The notes under the pieces: model-generated
What the model was told of the DNA's origin: nothing
The model's input: only the letters and a program-made list of their open reading frames with translations
The model's database searches: none
Shown: one piece after another, positions 39,018 through 52,560 of the stretch
Layout: every line of letters starts with the position of its first letter
Position numbering within the stretch: the stretch's first letter is position 1
NCBI RefSeq assembly: GCF_001194135.2
Contig: NC_068981.1
Location: 169,658,765 to 169,715,917, forward strand
From: Octopus bimaculoides
Lineage: Eukaryota
Direction: 5' to 3'
DNA: 57,153 bases
Made by a program: the position numbers and the translations under genes

Positions 39018-39170
39018 TGTTTTTCTCCTTGTCTCCGTATTCTTTCTGTTGAAGAGCGTAGCTCGAAACGTCAAAGACTTTCCGTATTCCCGAGCGTCAT
39101 ACTAATATATACTTTTGTTATTTACACCACCTGTCCTCGTCTGTTGTTATTTTTTGTATATTCTCCCATA
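39018..39170 (+). mobile_element. Short pLTR-like repeat carrying a hammerhead-like fold
   Basis: Homologous to 34200-34390. Flanked by an N gap and (TA)n. Confidence 0.7.
39041..39077 (+). ncRNA. Minimal type I hammerhead-like motif with core variant CUGUUGA
   Basis: Stem I TCTTT (39041-45)/AAAGA (39073-77), CTGTTGA plus an extra A, stem II GAGC-GTA-GCTC, GAAA, loop-less AC/GT stem III, cleavage triplet GUC. Confidence 0.65.
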
Positions 39171-40527
39171 TATATATATATATATATATGTCTGTATGAA
39201 TTCACATACATGTATACACATACGTACAGACATTATTGCATGTATATACACAATGGGAATTCACATAGACAGTGTAACTACGAACGAGTAAATGTGAACC
39301 AACGCCTTAAATATGTGCGTATTTGAGTTACAGTCTGAATGTCTATTTTAGTGTGCGCTCGTTTGTATTTGACTGTATATGTTCATGTGCACACGCAGGC
39401 TGGTTTCGCTTGCACGCAAGAGACTTGTTCATTATACACATATAGACAATCAGAAGGAATATTTACTTATTTTTAATTCATCTGCCAGTAAAGTCACAAA
39501 TGCAAATAATAACTGATTTCCATGACAAAATTTGTCGAGAATCTTGTGTAATCTCCATAAGCGACAGATGAAGAATGACAGAATCATTCTATCGTGTGGG
39601 CTGTTTCAAATGTCAAGGTGAAGCAAGATATCATTCAAGGTTGACCTGCCATACATACAAATATCAGAATTGATTGAAGTACGCGTATCGAATCGACAAT
39701 TCACATTGTCAATAGTAATTACTTGCGAAAATCAGATTCGTTGAAACAGCAATAAATATTCTAATTAATTATGAAAAATTTATTAAATTTAGATACTAGT
39801 CATTTTTACTCATTCAGAGAATAAGAGTCTCAAGAGCAATCTTTGAATTGTTACTAACAATAAAATTTATCATCGTATTTGAATTTTAATCGTCTCTGTC
39901 TAACTACAATTGCATGGCATAAATTAGTTGTCAATGTTAAGGGTAACACAAAATCTATTTTCTTGCTTTCAGTGGAGACATTTTTTGAAATTTCTTTTAT
40001 TACGCAATACCGAATATTCACTTCCGTATAATAGTTAAGGCCATGCTGAATGTATAATGCAAACAAGGTTTGAAGACAGTGAATGGGTCCCAGTAACGTA
40101 GGGTAGGAGATGCCTGGAAAAATTTAAGGGGAAAAATTCTATACAGAAATGCGGGAAAAAATTCAATGTACAATTTAATTGTTCCCAGATGTAACTCGAA
40201 CTTCTCGGTTCAAATCACGTCTGGTTTGAAATTATCTTTAATTTTTTCCTCTATCAATGTCATGAGTTCAAGAAAATTATTAGAAACGATTTAAATGGTA
40301 ATATCCAAAATTTGTGCGTTTCTCCAAATATTTTATGCATTCTACATTTGATGGTAAAATACTTGAACTGGAGCCGAGTGGTCAAACTGAAATAATTATC
40401 TGATGGAAAAACCACATTAGACACTGTTACATTCATTTTTCATATATTATTTCAGCTGTCAATATTTTTCGTTGTACTAAAATAACTCTGCATTTCTCGA
40501 TAATTCTTCTCAGATACTTGATGGTAG

Positions 40528-40600
<73 letters not shown>
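40528..40600. repeat. (TATC)n microsatellite
   Basis: Read directly. Confidence 0.98.
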
Positions 40601-40709
40601 ATATACACACATTTACACACCTACACCTACATATATATACATACACACATATATATATACATACATACATACATATATGCATACACACACACACACATAT
40701 ATATATATA

Positions 40710-40935
40710 TTGGCTCTATGGTAAGAAGCTTGCTTCCCAACCACGTAGTTCCGGGTTCAGTGTCACAGTGTTTACATCCCGGTTAATTAGCGATTCGGTA
40801 AAAGAGAACGATAGAATAAGTATTAGGCTGAAAAAACAATAACTCCTAGGGTCGATATCTTCGGCTAAATCCTTTCAGGGCAGTACCCCAGCATGGGCAC
40901 AGTCAAATGATTGAAAATGAATAAAAGATAAAAAG
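40710..40935 (+). mobile_element. SINE family B with internal deletion
   Basis: TGGTAAGAAGCTTGCTTCCCAACCACGTAGTTCCGGGTTCAGT head joined to the 3' part ...TAGAATAAGTA...GGGTCGAT...CCAGCATGGGCACAGTCAAATGATTGAAA. Confidence 0.8.
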
Positions 40936-40941
40936 TTATAT

Positions 40942-40944
<3 letters not shown>

Positions 40945-41032
<88 letters not shown>
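40945..41032. repeat. (CA)n(TA)n microsatellite
   Basis: Read directly. Confidence 0.98.
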
Positions 41033-41036
<4 letters not shown>

Positions 41037-44000
41037 CTTACGCACACTCGGATAGATTTCCAAATTCCAAATTCTGCGATGCCTTTTAATCGTTTCCTTG
41101 TTTGGTCGACCAAAATTCTAAAATTCTCCAGTGATAGAGGAATTAAACACTAAATTACACTTATCAAATCTATAGTACACCTTGTCAAGGATAGGCTGGT
41201 GCTGCATTTTGCTGTCTCTTTACAATGTTAGACTATGAAATATGAAATCGATTAACATGCATGATTATTGCCTTGCAAATTTTTGGGACTGGCAATCTGT
41301 CTGATACGTGCATAAGCTGATTAAAATTGCATAATACTCCATTCTTTCAGGTTTTTCTCTTATACTGTGTAGCTTTAGAGTAAATTTATTCGTGTATGAA
41401 CTTTAAGTTCGCAAATTGGGTAGGAGGTGAAATATAAGTACGTTTTTACTGTGTAATTTAGTTCTCAAAGTTTGATTCTCACTGAGTGATTTGCCTGTAT
41501 TTGTAACCCCACTTTTCGTTTGATTACACACACACACACACACATACACACACTCACACATGTATATTATCCCTTAACATCAGAAGCTGAGCTTCCTTTA
41601 GATTTCTTCGCTTAATTTTTGAGAGTCAAGCATAAATTTGTTCATCTTTAAATGACAGAGAATCAGAGATTGGAATTATAGTTAATTATTCAAATTATTT
41701 TATTCTGAATCCTACTTTAAATAATGTCAACTATTGTATATTCCTAAACAATTTCAGATGGAAAAACGACCGAGACACTCTTAACTAGTTAGAGCATTTC
41801 TATTATTCATAACTCACCTAGATTTGAATTTTAAATTATATTGCTTCAAAATAAGGTTTCATATAAGAAAGGTTTGGACACGATAAAAGAGATATCAGAA
41901 ATGAAACTTGAATCTAATGCTGTAGTAATAATTTTGAAACCAGTATGGATTGAGCTGAGGTCAGCTATGTACAATCCTTTAGAGAGATTTAATCGATTAT
42001 ATCGAAGTAAGTAATTTTTCTTTTGGGATTTATCCCACTAAAGGATAAAAGAAAATTCAAACACTGTCCTAAACCAAATTAACACATAAGAAGCGAAATA
42101 CAACCAGATTTAGATCATGACAGATCCGGGCTAACGTAGTATTCCAAAATCAGAAGGAGAACTGTAAGAATCCGATTGATTTATATAACCACACTGCACA
42201 ACTCCAACGTAATATCTAGTAAGCTTAAAATAATCCCCGCGGAGTGAATAATAAGATATTAATTTATACGAGGAAAGAATTTAAATGGATATTACAACTG
42301 TTTCCATAAGTGGGCAATATTTTTATTCCACATCTCATACAATGTTATGTAACATATTTCATGATATATGGAAATATGTAAATAATCCTATAGTGCATTC
42401 GCTTCCTCAGATGTCATGATTTGAAGGCGGCATCGACCAAGTGAATGCCCGAAGACGAATTTCTTCAGGCGTGTCAGAATATGTAAATAGTCTGAACACC
42501 TATAGCTTTCACTTGATATTTCTTACAATTTCTAAGACAATACATCTTAAAAGGCTTACACGTAAGTTATATAAAGTCGGTTGGAATCTATCTTATAGAT
42601 AAAACGATTAACTGTTGAAAGACCGTCAGCCAGTTAATGACTTTTGTGGCGGCAATATCAGTAAGATAAGATTCACAAAGAAAGTCCAAGTTATTAATTC
42701 AGTCCCCCATTTCAACTCGAGTCTCATCAAAACCACGAACTCATCGACATACAAAAATGTACACGCTAACATGAATACATTCACATACACACACTCACAA
42801 AACTGCAATTCTAAGATGACCACACACATACCATATTATACATATGGAGACTCATGCACGGATATATATATATATATACACAAACAACATAACTTGTTCT
42901 AAAACCTCTATAAGAAATGCCAGTATTTCTCCTATTGTATCTCCTATATTTCCTCATACAACTATCCCCTGTCGATCCAGCGAATAAAGTATCTCTCTAC
43001 ATAACTATTACTAAAGTTAGGCCGCATGTATCATATAATGGATAAAGATAAAATAAAGTTGAAATTTTGTTACTAACAGTTAGTGATAGGTATTCAGTCG
43101 ATCCAACCATAAGATATAAACCATAGAATAGAAAGTAAGATTTTAAATAGAAGATACATTAAAGTAAAATCAAAAAGTATACAAATGAAGGCAATATTTA
43201 AAAATATAGATTACAGAGTAATGTAAAGGTGAATATATAATAACGTAAATAAAGAGAGAAATAAAAGATAATTAAAAAAATATGAATTGAGAAGACATCA
43301 TAAACAATAAAAAAAGATTGATCGACACGCACACCTTATCGGCTATACAATGTAAATTGAATATTAGAATATGAAAATTAAAGTAAAATTATTAATAGAA
43401 GGTACATAAAATAAAATTAAGCAATATGATTGGAAAGTATGATATATAATACAAAACTAGGTAAACGTGAGTGAAATAAATATAGCATAAATTATGAGAT
43501 ACCATGAATAAGGAGAAAAGTAAGACAACTAAGATATATCTTATTAAAGGAAAACCAGAGTCGTCTGTCTGGGATTGAGTAAAAGATATTTAAGAAATCT
43601 GCGATATATAAACTGAGGACTGTTTGACATAAAGACTAGAAATAGTTTTCGATTTAGAAATATATTCATATTCTCAGAAGGCGAAGCGCCTCACTTTTAA
43701 TTTGTCGCTGTGGCCTAAATTACCTAAAGAACAAAATAACTATTCCCTGCTGGTTAATTATCCTCAAATCTACACAGAAAAATATACATTTAAATATACA
43801 TACACGGCTATATACCTACTTGCATTCTCTAATATTATTATTATTATGTATATATNNNNNNNNNNNNNNNNNNNNNNNNNNNNNNNNNNNNNNNNNNNNN
43901 NNNNNNNNNNNNNNNNNNNNNNNNNNNNNNNNNNNNNNNNNNNNNNNNNNNNNNNNNNNNNNNNNNNNNNNNNNNNNNNNNNNNNNNNNNNNNNNNNNNN

Positions 44001-44279
44001 NNNNNNNNNNNNNNNNNNNNNNNNNNNNNNNNNNNNNNNNNNNNNNNNNNNNNNNNNNNNNNNNNNNNNNNNNNNNNNNNNNNNNNNNNNNNNNNNNNNN
44101 NNNNNNNNNNNNNNNNNNNNNNNNNNNNNNNNNNNNNNNNNNNNNNNNNNNNNNNNNNNNNNNNNNNNNNNNNNNNNNNNNNNNNNNNNNNNNNNNNNNN
44201 NNNNNNNNNNNNNNNNNNNNNNNNNNNNNNNNNNNNNNNNNNNNNNNNNNNNNNNNNNNNNNNNNNNNNNNNNNNNNNN

Positions 44280-44333
<54 letters not shown>

Positions 44334-44689
44334 TGTGTATGTGTGTGTGCGTATCAACGTTGAATAAAGCATATGCATGTACAATCATATTTAAAATCTT
44401 TGGTTCATTGTAAAATCCTATAAATTGTGTTCTGAAAATCTGGCATCTTCGTAATGATTGTCATGGATCTGTATCATTTGTTCTTTGTTTTACTGGACAC
44501 ATTTTTATTTTCTATCTGAAAGTATTAATGAAAGTGAATGAAGAAATACTAATTTTCAAAGAAACTTAGAATTGATATTATGAAAAAAGATGTGGATGGT
44601 TATTTTTATTTAAAAAGTTATTGCATAATTTTGGTTTCATTATTGATTATGTAATTTGTTTATTCTCATTTGAAGGCATAATCGTCATC

Positions 44690-44870
44690 ATCACTTAACG
44701 TCTATTTTCCATGTTGGCATAGGTTCGACAGGTTGACAAGAACTGGCAGAAGATTATGCCATGCTTCAACGTCTGCATCAGCATAGTTTTTATGGCTGGT
44801 TTCCCTTCCTAATGTCAGTCAGTTTACAGAGTGAACTGTGTGCTTTTTATGTAGCACAGGCAAGGTGGCA
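44690..44870 (-). mobile_element. Family C SINE, diverged
   Basis: CATCATCACTTAACGTCTATTTTCCATGTTGGCATAGG...ATGGCTGGTTTCCCTTCCTAATG...GTGCTTTTTATGTAGCACAGG aligns with 26915-27115. Confidence 0.65.
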
Positions 44871-45285
44871 TTCTTTCTTCAACTAGTTACCTCTCCAACC
44901 ACTCTATAGAGAGTACTGGCAGTGGTTCCAATGCTTTTTACATGATATTAGGTTCAATTGTGTCGGATGAGATTAATGTATGATATAGAGATAAAGGTAG
45001 AGAATAATAACGAGACATGGCTATCCCATTTGGGAAACAAAGGAGAGAGAGAACACAGGATGAGGAGAGATTTATATAGCTAACACGTTTGAGCATTTTA
45101 AGACTATAATAATCTAAACTTTTAAACTTCAAATTCACTTCACGCTTTTTAAATTATTGTTTTTTTGTTTCGAAATTCTGTAATTTGTGTTTAAATGGTG
45201 TCAAGCGATGTGACGATAAATACGGTTTCCTGTTGTGTTCTTCAAGGTTCTCCGTTCTGTTCTTAAGAAAAACACTTCATTTCAG

Positions 45286-45380
45286 GTTGTTCCTGTCAAG
45301 GCAGCTGTAAATATGTAAAACTGCAGCGGGCATGGTGTCCCGGTGGGAATCTTGTGATATCGATCAGTTATACACCGTGA
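45286..45380 (+). CDS. Hypothetical Cys-rich terminal exon xCSCQGSCKYVKLQRAWCPGGNLVISISYTP*
   Basis: Acceptor CACTTCATTTCAG. Only the phase-1 frame stays open. GC content is above the flanks. Confidence 0.2.
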
Positions 45381-46072
45381 AAACAGGGTAGGACCCTTTT
45401 TGACAGTTCTTATGTTGGCTTAAAATCTTGTGTAATACTAATTCCTTATAAAATGCTGAAATATCTCGTAGTACATCTCACTCATGCCACCTGTTATTGA
45501 GATACAATGGATAACAGTACGAATTATTAGGACATAGTTAACTGATAAAATGACAATTTATACAATATATAAACTTGAATATATACAAATTCGTATTCCT
45601 TAAATTGAGAATGAAACGTGTCTTTATGTGTACGTGTATATGTCTGTGTGTGTGTTGTGTTTGTGTACATTAGGCCGGCTGTACACGCCGATAGATTGAG
45701 AAAAACAATACACAGATATGTACAGTCAACCAAAGGGCTGATTGAACGAAACTGCCGTTCGGAAATTTAATTGCTGTTTACCATACACATGAATAAACAT
45801 ATATCAGGCTACACAATCCTAACACAAGTACTTTTGTGTTTTTCTACAACAAAGTAAACAAATTTATATACGGTTGTATATGTATTTGTGAGCAAATATG
45901 TTTTTTGTAAATGTGTATATATATGAGCCTAAAGCAACTAAATGTTAGCGTGTTGAAACAGTGTTAAGCTACATTGATTTATCACAATCGTACATAGTGT
46001 TTAGAATGGTATCGCTTAATATATGTGTATGTACACACACGCACACGCAACCCCCCCCCCCCNNNNNNNNNN

Positions 46073-46112
<40 letters not shown>

Positions 46113-46527
46113 AATGTCCATCTAAGTACAAATAAAGTAGCATAATTAAACATTTCAAATCAACAAAAGAAAGTCAATATATAGAACCACGATTGAGAAA
46201 ATAATCGAATTGGTCATGAAATGATAGGTTGCAAAGAATAGAAGAGGAAGAATAAACTCAACTAAGAAGCAACAAAGCGGAATCACTCTCTTAATTGCAC
46301 AGTCGATATTTTGTTGTAAGGAAGGAAGAAATACACGCACCCACACATACACACGCACACACACACATAAATGCCCATATATGTATATATACGCATATAT
46401 ATGTATGTGTATGCATCTATGTATGTGTGTATATGTGCATTCATACGTATGTACAAATACGCGTATGTTTGTATTTATGTATATATGTATGTATATATGT
46501 ATGTAAGTATATGTGTGTATTTATGTG

Positions 46528-46559
<32 letters not shown>

Positions 46560-46628
46560 ATTCTATTTCAGACATGTATTTCTTTAGTACTTGATTATCT
46601 AAGCCAATCTCGAACACCGTTACATAAA

Positions 46629-47480
46629 CGAAGTGTGATCAATAAGTATCCGGACTGGTGCTATAAAAGCAAGACTACAATACGTACCAATTTGGTATTT
46701 AATCTCCTTCAAAGTAATTCTCTTCTGAAGCCACACTCTTAATCCAGTGCTGTTTCCATTGATGAATGCATTCCTGGATGCATTGATGGATGCATTCCTG
46801 GATGCATTGATAGATGCATTCCTGGATGCATTGATGGATGGAAATCTTCCTTTCAAGCGGGATTAGATTTTTGAAAAGAGGAAAAACGCGGAGCGCGCGA
46901 GATCTGGGGAATACGCTGGCTGTCGGACCTGGAGAATGTTGGGCCTTGCCAAAAACTGTTGGAGAAGCTGTACTGAATTGGCAGGTGCGTTGTCAACTGA
47001 AAGCAGTTTTAGGACAAACTTGGCAGACACGCGTCTCATACCCAAATCTTCAGTGATAATGAAGTGAACTGAACCGTAACTTACCTGCACATCCTCTGAT
47101 AACTCACGGATGGTAATTTGACGATTTCCCCTCATAGCTGCACGTGCATCAGCGATGGTTTTTAACAGTCATGCGGGTCTCCCAGAACGTTCATCACTAT
47201 CGACATATATTCAGTTCATACACTCCTCTACATACACTTTCTTCAACTTTACGTAGGCCTCTGAGCAGTTATCACCAAGCGTTTGGCAAATTTGATGCAG
47301 ATTTATGGTCAATGCGACGATCACACGCTACACACGGTCCTTCCAAGCACTGCTGCAAACATCGGAATTGAAGTAGAACGTTAAAACTTACTGCGCGTGC
47401 ACAACAGAGTTCAAGGCCAATATGTGCTAAGCAGCTTTGCTCTGTGCCATTTATCTTCGTTACTATGACAATATGTGTGT
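46629..47480 (-). mobile_element. Deleted mariner-like element (transposase on minus strand)
   Basis: Terminus CGAAGTGTGATCAATAAGTATCCGGACTGG. Minus-strand peptides: CIKFAKRLGDNCSEAYVKLKKVY, RQITIRELSEDVQVSYGSVHFIITEDLGMRRVSAKFV, DNAPAN, YSPDLA...FFLF and QWKQHWIKSVASEENYFEGD*. The first catalytic D region is deleted. Confidence 0.92.
46756..46841. repeat. 24-bp minisatellite (ATGCATTCCTGGATGCATTGATGG), ~3.5 copies, inside the mariner
   Basis: Read directly. Each unit is made of two 12-bp halves that both begin ATGCATT. Confidence 0.95.
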
Positions 47481-47486
47481 GTGTAT

Positions 47487-47547
<61 letters not shown>

Positions 47548-50234
47548 GCATATACATACATCTATGTTTATTTATTTACAAGTGTATATATGTTTTCATG
47601 TATGTATGCGTGAATGTATTTGGGTGTCTAAATACAGAAATATATGTATATACACACACACCATACACACAAGAAAATGCATATACACATGATCAATTTT
47701 ATTATGTAGTTGATACCAATGGTTAAATAATGCTCATATGTTATTCTTGTACACTTCATTGCTAAACAAATATAACTAAAATGTTAATAATAATTTGTTA
47801 TCATTCCCGGTATCTCTCCGGTGAACGCGTGCAATATTTACCTAAATGAAACTTGTGCCATCTATGTAGCCAGTTCCTTCTGTTACCTTTTATAGAAAAA
47901 TCATATGCATTTCTCTTTAGTGAAGGAAAACAAATAAGATTGATGTTTCATAATGATAAAGGCGTGTGTCTACCCGTCCAAATAGTGTAATGTAAAACCA
48001 TATAATAATGTATTCGTTTAAAATTTTTAATTTAATTAATATTCGAATTTCTAACCAAATAATTATACACAAAAGATAATCGAAATTTTATATCGGCATT
48101 AATTCTTCTAAAATATTGGCAACAATATATTTAGCATAACAAAAATCAATGTGTTAGTGAGTGCAGGACAGAGATGATATAGAGTAAGAGAGAAATGGAG
48201 AAGATAGAGAGGGAGAGAGAGAGAGTAAGAGACATAGAGAGAGTATGTTTACGTGGGTGCACGTGCGCATATTTGAAAAGTACAGAATTTTAAGCAATGA
48301 CAAATAAGCAAAATAACATTTGTACAGTTAACAGTTTGTGGATGTGTTGTATATATGGGAGTCCTATCAGAATGTCTAACGCTAATGCCAGTGAAGATTA
48401 TTGAGTTCCCACTTAGTGAGGAGGAAAAAAAAAACGTTTAGCTCAATGATTAATCTTGGTGAATAAAGCCAAAGGAGGTAATTCAAAAATTTGAATTAAT
48501 TCAAATTAATGCAAACTAGTTTGAGAGCATTTCATTGTGGCATGAGTTTTCTATTTGGTAAATATGGTGACATGTCAGAACAAGTTTGGGTTTATTAAAC
48601 CTATTCTGTTAAGCAAAGTTTCCACTTACACTCGATACTACGAGATGACACAGTCTGACATAAATGCTTCCACTGAAAAGTATTGAAATAACGGCATTAT
48701 GATTTTTTTAAGAAAAAGCCTGTAGAAAATTACCTTTCTGTATATAAAAAATTACATATTTAAATAATTATTCGTTATTTGCAATTCGGTGTTCTCACCC
48801 CTACTTTGATTATCAGAATTATTATTTTCATAGCTCTACGAATGTAATTATAATTTTAAAAATGTTTTTCTTCACTACATTAAAATATGTAACCGTCGAC
48901 TTAAATACTTCCTTTCTTCTGTCAGCAATTTCTTTCTTTGCTATACTATTTATAAATTCATGTCATATTAACATGAACATAAATTTCACGGCATACTTCT
49001 ATAAAAAGGCATTAGCGACATACTCAAAATCCCTAAGTTTTGCTTAGAACCAGCGGACCCCTGCCAGAATAAGTACTTTAAAATTTTTGAACTCGGTCTT
49101 TGCGTCATTATAAAAACAAGTAAGTTTTAAACAACACGGTAAAACTTCAAAACGCTTTTAACTGCACATATCACATCCATTAAAGACGCTTATTCCATCC
49201 AAACTTATGTCATTAATTTGAAGCTTTTACACTATACAGGATCTAAGAATGGTATCAACAACCTAGAAAAATCATTAATATCCCTATTAAAAATGAATGG
49301 TTGATCTAAACATACGCAATTCATACATTATCTAAAATAACTACAAAGTTAAAGTTCTTATTCAAAATCAAGTGTATGAATATCGAACTTCACAAAAGCT
49401 ATTTTGGTCATTGGTGATAACATAAATATAAAGATAAAAAACTCTCCGAAGGTGCTGTAATAAATCGGCAACATCAGTTGAATACTAATTTTCAGGGTTT
49501 CTTAGAATTTTACACAAAATATTCTGGAGACGTTTTCCAGAAAGCTTTGACATTAGTTAAATCATTTACTAGCTTAATGTTGAAAGTCAGGAAGACTCCT
49601 CTTTTATAATGTTTCTTATAGGCTAAAAAGTAAATCGGTGAACGTACCCATGTGCTATCATAAAACTGCGAAATTATTGGACTTGTATAGTTTAGACATT
49701 CTTAAAATAGCAACTGGTTCTCCCAGCATACTATTTTTCGGTGTTTCTGGTTGCTAGATTGTCACTATGTGAAGTGAAATGTATAAATGGTTCATTTTTG
49801 AAACAGAAACTCCAGATTTCGAAAAATTGACCCATTACTATACAGAAAATAACACACATTAATGAAACCCTTGAAAATTTACAGAAAACAAACTCACAAT
49901 GATGAGTTCAAATGCAAGTATTTGGATAAATATTTACTAAAAATGTAAATGTAATTGAATAAAAATGCAAACACTTTTAAGGAAATATGGCATGAAATAG
50001 TCAGCAACATCAAACGAACAAATAAGCTTTTCATCAGTATAACACACATTTTAGCGTATATTACATATATAAAACATTTAGCAATAACTTTCCACATCAA
50101 TCCAACAAAAGTGTCTCTATTTTCTCCCTCGATCACTTATTGAAGGATATATATATACATACAAACATGTATACATACGTACATAATACATAGATATATA
50201 CTTACATTTATTCATACATGTTAATATATATATC

Positions 50235-50410
50235 TTTTACTTCTTTCAGTGATTGGAAAGCGGCCATGCTGTGGCACTGCCTTGAATGGTTATAAGAATG
50301 AATCAAACTTAGTACCTATTTTTTTCAAACCTGTTAAGCGTTCTGTCGGTTTGTTTTGCCGAACCACTGAATTGCTAAGTTGCGGCGACAGAAACACAAT
50401 CACAGACACA
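50235..50410 (-). mobile_element. SINE family B 3' half, diverged
   Basis: TCTTTTACTTCTTTCAGTGATTGG...GCGGCCATGCTG...GCCGAACC...GCTAAGTTGCGG. Confidence 0.7.
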
Positions 50411-51207
50411 CACACACGTATGTATGTGTGTAAGTATATAACCAATGCAAATAATTACCATTGCATCGATAAGACATTTTAAATCATAGTTATTGATACA
50501 ATGCAAGACAATACAAATCTAACGGCTGTTTCTGATCAAAATACCTGAATGCAGGCTATACATAAATGCGAGAATAACATTCATCATCTCCGTAGGGCAT
50601 TCGAATTAAGGCTATAGATCTTCATCAGAGTGATAATCAAGAGCATACAATATTAACAAAAGTAAAATGGAAAAGGAAAGAAAACATGGTATAGACAAAA
50701 AAATCTACAGGTTCAATATGTTAAATGCACATAGTTATTTACCATCAGGACTCAAAGAGCGTAGATGAGAGAGTGAGCTATCAAAGGACTAGGGAATACT
50801 ACAAATTATCAACGGGAGGGTGAAGTTAGGAGGTGGGGTAAGGGTGTTAAAAAAAGAAGTTATCAAGAAGCTCTATGTAAATAAAATAAAATAAAATAAA
50901 ATATTAACATAAATATCAAAGGGCAAACCTATATTAACAGAGAAAACTTAAGTAAAGGTAAACAAATTAACGTAAGTTAGTAAAATAAATATTTACACAA
51001 AGATCATTAATGCCAAGAACCCCCCAATGGTCCACAATGGTGTAAATCTCAGTCCAACGGTCTCTACACAGGTAGATACTGATAATATATATGGATATTT
51101 TATCCCTTAGTCGGTAACTACAACCGCCAACTCTCTCTCTCTCTTTCTCACTTTCTCTCACATATATGTATATACATATATATGTGTGTATATATATATA
51201 TATATAT

Positions 51208-51361
51208 ACTCTTTTACTTGTTTCAGTCATTTGACTGCGGCCATGCTGGAGCACCACCTTTAGTCGAGCAAATCGACCCCAGGACTTATTCTTTGTAAGC
51301 CTAGTACTTATTCTATTGGCCCCTTTCTGCCGAACCGCTAAGTTACGGGGGACGTAAACAC
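51208..51361 (-). mobile_element. SINE family B 3' half, young copy, cut by a gap
   Basis: ACTCTTTTACTTGTTTCAGTCATTTGACTGCGGCCATGCTGGAGCACC...GCCGAACCGCTAAGTTACGGGG. Confidence 0.88.
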
Positions 51362-52506
51362 NNNNNNNNNNNNNNNNNNNNNNNNNNNNNNNNNNNNNNN
51401 NNNNNNNNNNNNNNNNNNNNNNNNNNNNNNNNNNNNNNNNNNNNNNNNNNNNNNNNNNNNNNNNNNNNNNNNNNNNNNNNNNNNNNNNNNNNNNNNNNNN
51501 NNNNNNNNNNNNNNNNNNNNNNNNNNNNNNNNNNNNNNNNNNNNNNNNNNNNNNNNNNNNNNNNNNNNNNNNNNNNNNNNNNNNNNNNNNNNNNNNNNNN
51601 NNNNNNNNNNNNNNNNNNNNNNNNNNNNNNNNNNNNNNNNNNNNNNNNNNNNNNNNNNNNNNNNNNNNNNNNNNNNNNNNNNNNNNNNNNNNNNNNNNNN
51701 NNNNNNNNNNNNNNNNNNNNNNNNNNNNNNNTATATGTAGGTAAGTAATCATATGTCTTTTTAAGTGTGAGCGTATATGTGTGTATGGAAGTGTGTGTAT
51801 TTCATTAATGGAATGTACGAGGGTGAGACTTTAATTCCATATCTCGACATAGGTAATTTTATATACAATGCACTAAATGTACAACATTTGAACATGATCC
51901 TACACTATTGTGGATCATAAAAATATAAATGTTAGCGACATGCAATTAAGAAAATGATATATGAAATGAGTTATAATGAGATATATGAAATAATGTGTGT
52001 CTGTAAGGCTGAAACAGGAATTTTGTCTGCATATATTACAAGAGAAGGGAAGTATTTGGAAAATCAATAATCACGAAAATCTGAGGGATAAGTGACAGGA
52101 TTAAATCCATACGGCAAACCTCTGGAAGAGATGTAACTAGAGTCAGAAAGCTTTTATTGTAGAAGATACAGGGCAACTATTACAAGTCTTAATGATCAGA
52201 ATTTGCTTAGACTGTTGAGTAGCAACCTTCACTATGCGATCTCATGTTAAATAATTATCAATAACAAACTGTTTTCTACAAATTACTGATAAATTTCATC
52301 TCACATAAAAATTACACAAACGGTATAATAATAATTCCGTCGGGTATTTTCGAATGAAAATTACTTCCACGTGACACAAACCTAGATATTACGTTGCAAA
52401 TACCATCATGTACACTGGACGCAGTGTAGAATATAAAAAAATAGTTCTAGGTCTCTACAGCCTCAGCTTAGCATTCAAAACCATGTGAAATTAATACATA
52501 TCTAGA

Positions 52507-52560
<54 letters not shown>

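Noticed and set aside
50590-50635. Minus-strand CTGATGAAG resembling a hammerhead start
   Set aside because: No paired stem II, GAAT instead of GAAA, and no stem I partner.
50814-50844. Four G-tracts (possible G-quadruplex)
   Set aside because: One loop is 14 nt, and a single such motif in 57 kb is unremarkable.
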